DNA from: Candidatus Dormiibacterota bacterium
GTDB taxonomy: Bacteria > Chloroflexota > Dormibacteria > Aeolococcales > Aeolococcaceae
Length of the DNA stretch: 64,000 nt
NCBI GenBank assembly: GCA_003153505.1
Contig: PLZA01000025.1
Location: forward strand, 4,513-68,512
Reading direction: 5' to 3'
The position numbers and the translations under genes are program-made. Positions 63,649-64,000 of this stretch are shown one piece after another. The notes beneath the pieces were generated by a model. The model was not told where the DNA came from. It searched no databases and worked only from the letters and a program-made list of their open reading frames with translations. Each line of letters opens with the position of its first letter. The first letter of the stretch is position 1.

Positions 63649-64000
63649 ATGGGCGAGGACACGGCCTACGAGGCGCTGCTTGCCAAGGTGGACCAGAGCG
63701 ATTTCGGCGGAGCCTTGCGCAGCGTGTTCCTCGATGACGCGGTGCGTCACCCGCTGCACTTCGCGAAGGCCGGTCTGGATCTCTCGGCCGGGCAGACGGC
63801 GGTAGCGGCGCGCGCGGCCCGGCGCGCATTGGGCCGGGGAACGGGTGACCCAGTTGCTCCGGGCGACAACCGCTTTGCGGACCGGACGTGGCAGGCGAAC
63901 CCAGCGTTCCGAACGCTGGCCGAGAGTTATCTGAGCACGGTGCAGTGGGCGCAGCAGTTGATCGATACGTCACCCGCTCCCGCCGTCCAGCGTGAGAAGG
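63649..64000 (+). CDS. phaC: poly(3-hydroxyalkanoate) synthase, N-terminal part (3'-truncated by window edge)
   Basis: ...APGDNRFADRTWQANPAFRTLAESYLSTVQWAQQLID... matches the conserved PhaC N-terminal domain (DRRFxDxxWxxNPxY...). The frame stays open to position 64000. Confidence 0.65.
   Translation, partial: MGEDTAYEALLAKVDQSDFGGALRSVFLDDAVRHPLHFAKAGLDLSAGQTAVAARAARRALGRGTGDPVAPGDNRFADRTWQANPAFRTLAESYLSTVQWAQQLIDTSPAPAVQREK

Noticed and set aside
1-64000. tRNA, rRNA, CRISPR arrays, transposases, integrases, phage genes
   Set aside because: No candidate with the expected signatures was seen by eye in the intergenic regions or ORF set. A covariance-model scan (tRNAscan/Infernal) would be needed to exclude small RNAs formally.

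Overview
This 64-kb window is a high-GC (about 70%) actinobacterial-type chromosomal segment. It is densely packed with roughly 65 protein-coding genes on both strands. I found no rRNA or tRNA genes, no CRISPR array and no transposase or integrase; this is reading by eye with no tools. The F420-type deazaflavin nitroreductase, the three SARP/AfsR-type regulators and the DHA2-family MFS transporter all point to Actinomycetota.

Gene content in order along the window:
- 1-4.4 kb: a partial TPR/SARP-type regulator at the 5' edge, a lipoprotein, a YciI-like protein, and a BNR beta-propeller gene whose stop overlaps the start of a MoaD/ThiS-like gene.
- 4.4-6 kb: a divergent HxlR/DoxX pair, then a Ddn-like F420 nitroreductase in an operon with an RibD_C dihydrofolate-reductase-like gene.
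- 6.2-8.2 kb: MacB-type ABC permease and ATPase.
- 8.1-8.9 kb: a frameshifted DUF1905 gene and a VOC family (glyoxalase/bleomycin resistance/dioxygenase) protein.
- 8.9-16.4 kb: an AraC HTH protein, a TfoX-N protein, an MBL hydrolase, a SnoaL-like protein, an APH-type phosphotransferase, a methyltransferase, and a 1090-aa SARP-type STAND regulator (NB-ARC + TPR).
- 16.4-21.4 kb: a cupin, a divergent TetR/MFS pair, oligoribonuclease (orn), and malate synthase A (aceB).
- 21.5-31.4 kb: a putative aromatic-acid island: TrmB regulator, two ACMSD-family amidohydrolases flanking an SDR and a DhbE/EntE-like aryl-AMP ligase, and a Liv-type ABC importer (LivF/G/M/H plus a binding protein).
- 31.5-37 kb: a CocE/NonD hydrolase, a D-2-hydroxyacid dehydrogenase, an M24 hydrolase, a thiolase and an SRPBCC protein.
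- 37.3-41.9 kb: a roughly 1550-aa secreted lectin/DUF11/Ig-repeat protein built from eleven tandem 273-bp repeats.
- 42-47.8 kb: a transaldolase-like gene, an orphan iolB, a small membrane protein, a 26-bp perfect palindrome abutting a lipoprotein start codon, a cupredoxin lipoprotein, and a saccharopine dehydrogenase.
- 47.8-51.6 kb: a second 1000-aa SARP regulator, then an ECF sigma factor remnant fused out of frame to a membrane-protein fragment.
- 51.6-60.1 kb: two small hypothetical genes, MarC, a MASE/GAF/GGDEF/EAL protein, an S8 peptidase with a C-terminal (SSWSG)n tail, a PLP decarboxylase and a cupin.
- 60.2-64 kb: NAD-malic enzyme, an ACT protein, and phaB followed by the 5' end of phaC.

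The most unusual items are the giant repeat adhesin, the Trp-rich pentapeptide-repeat protease, the perfect palindromic operator, the DhbE-like ligase island that lacks a carrier protein, the sigma/membrane gene scar, and the homopolymer frameshift in the DUF1905 gene.
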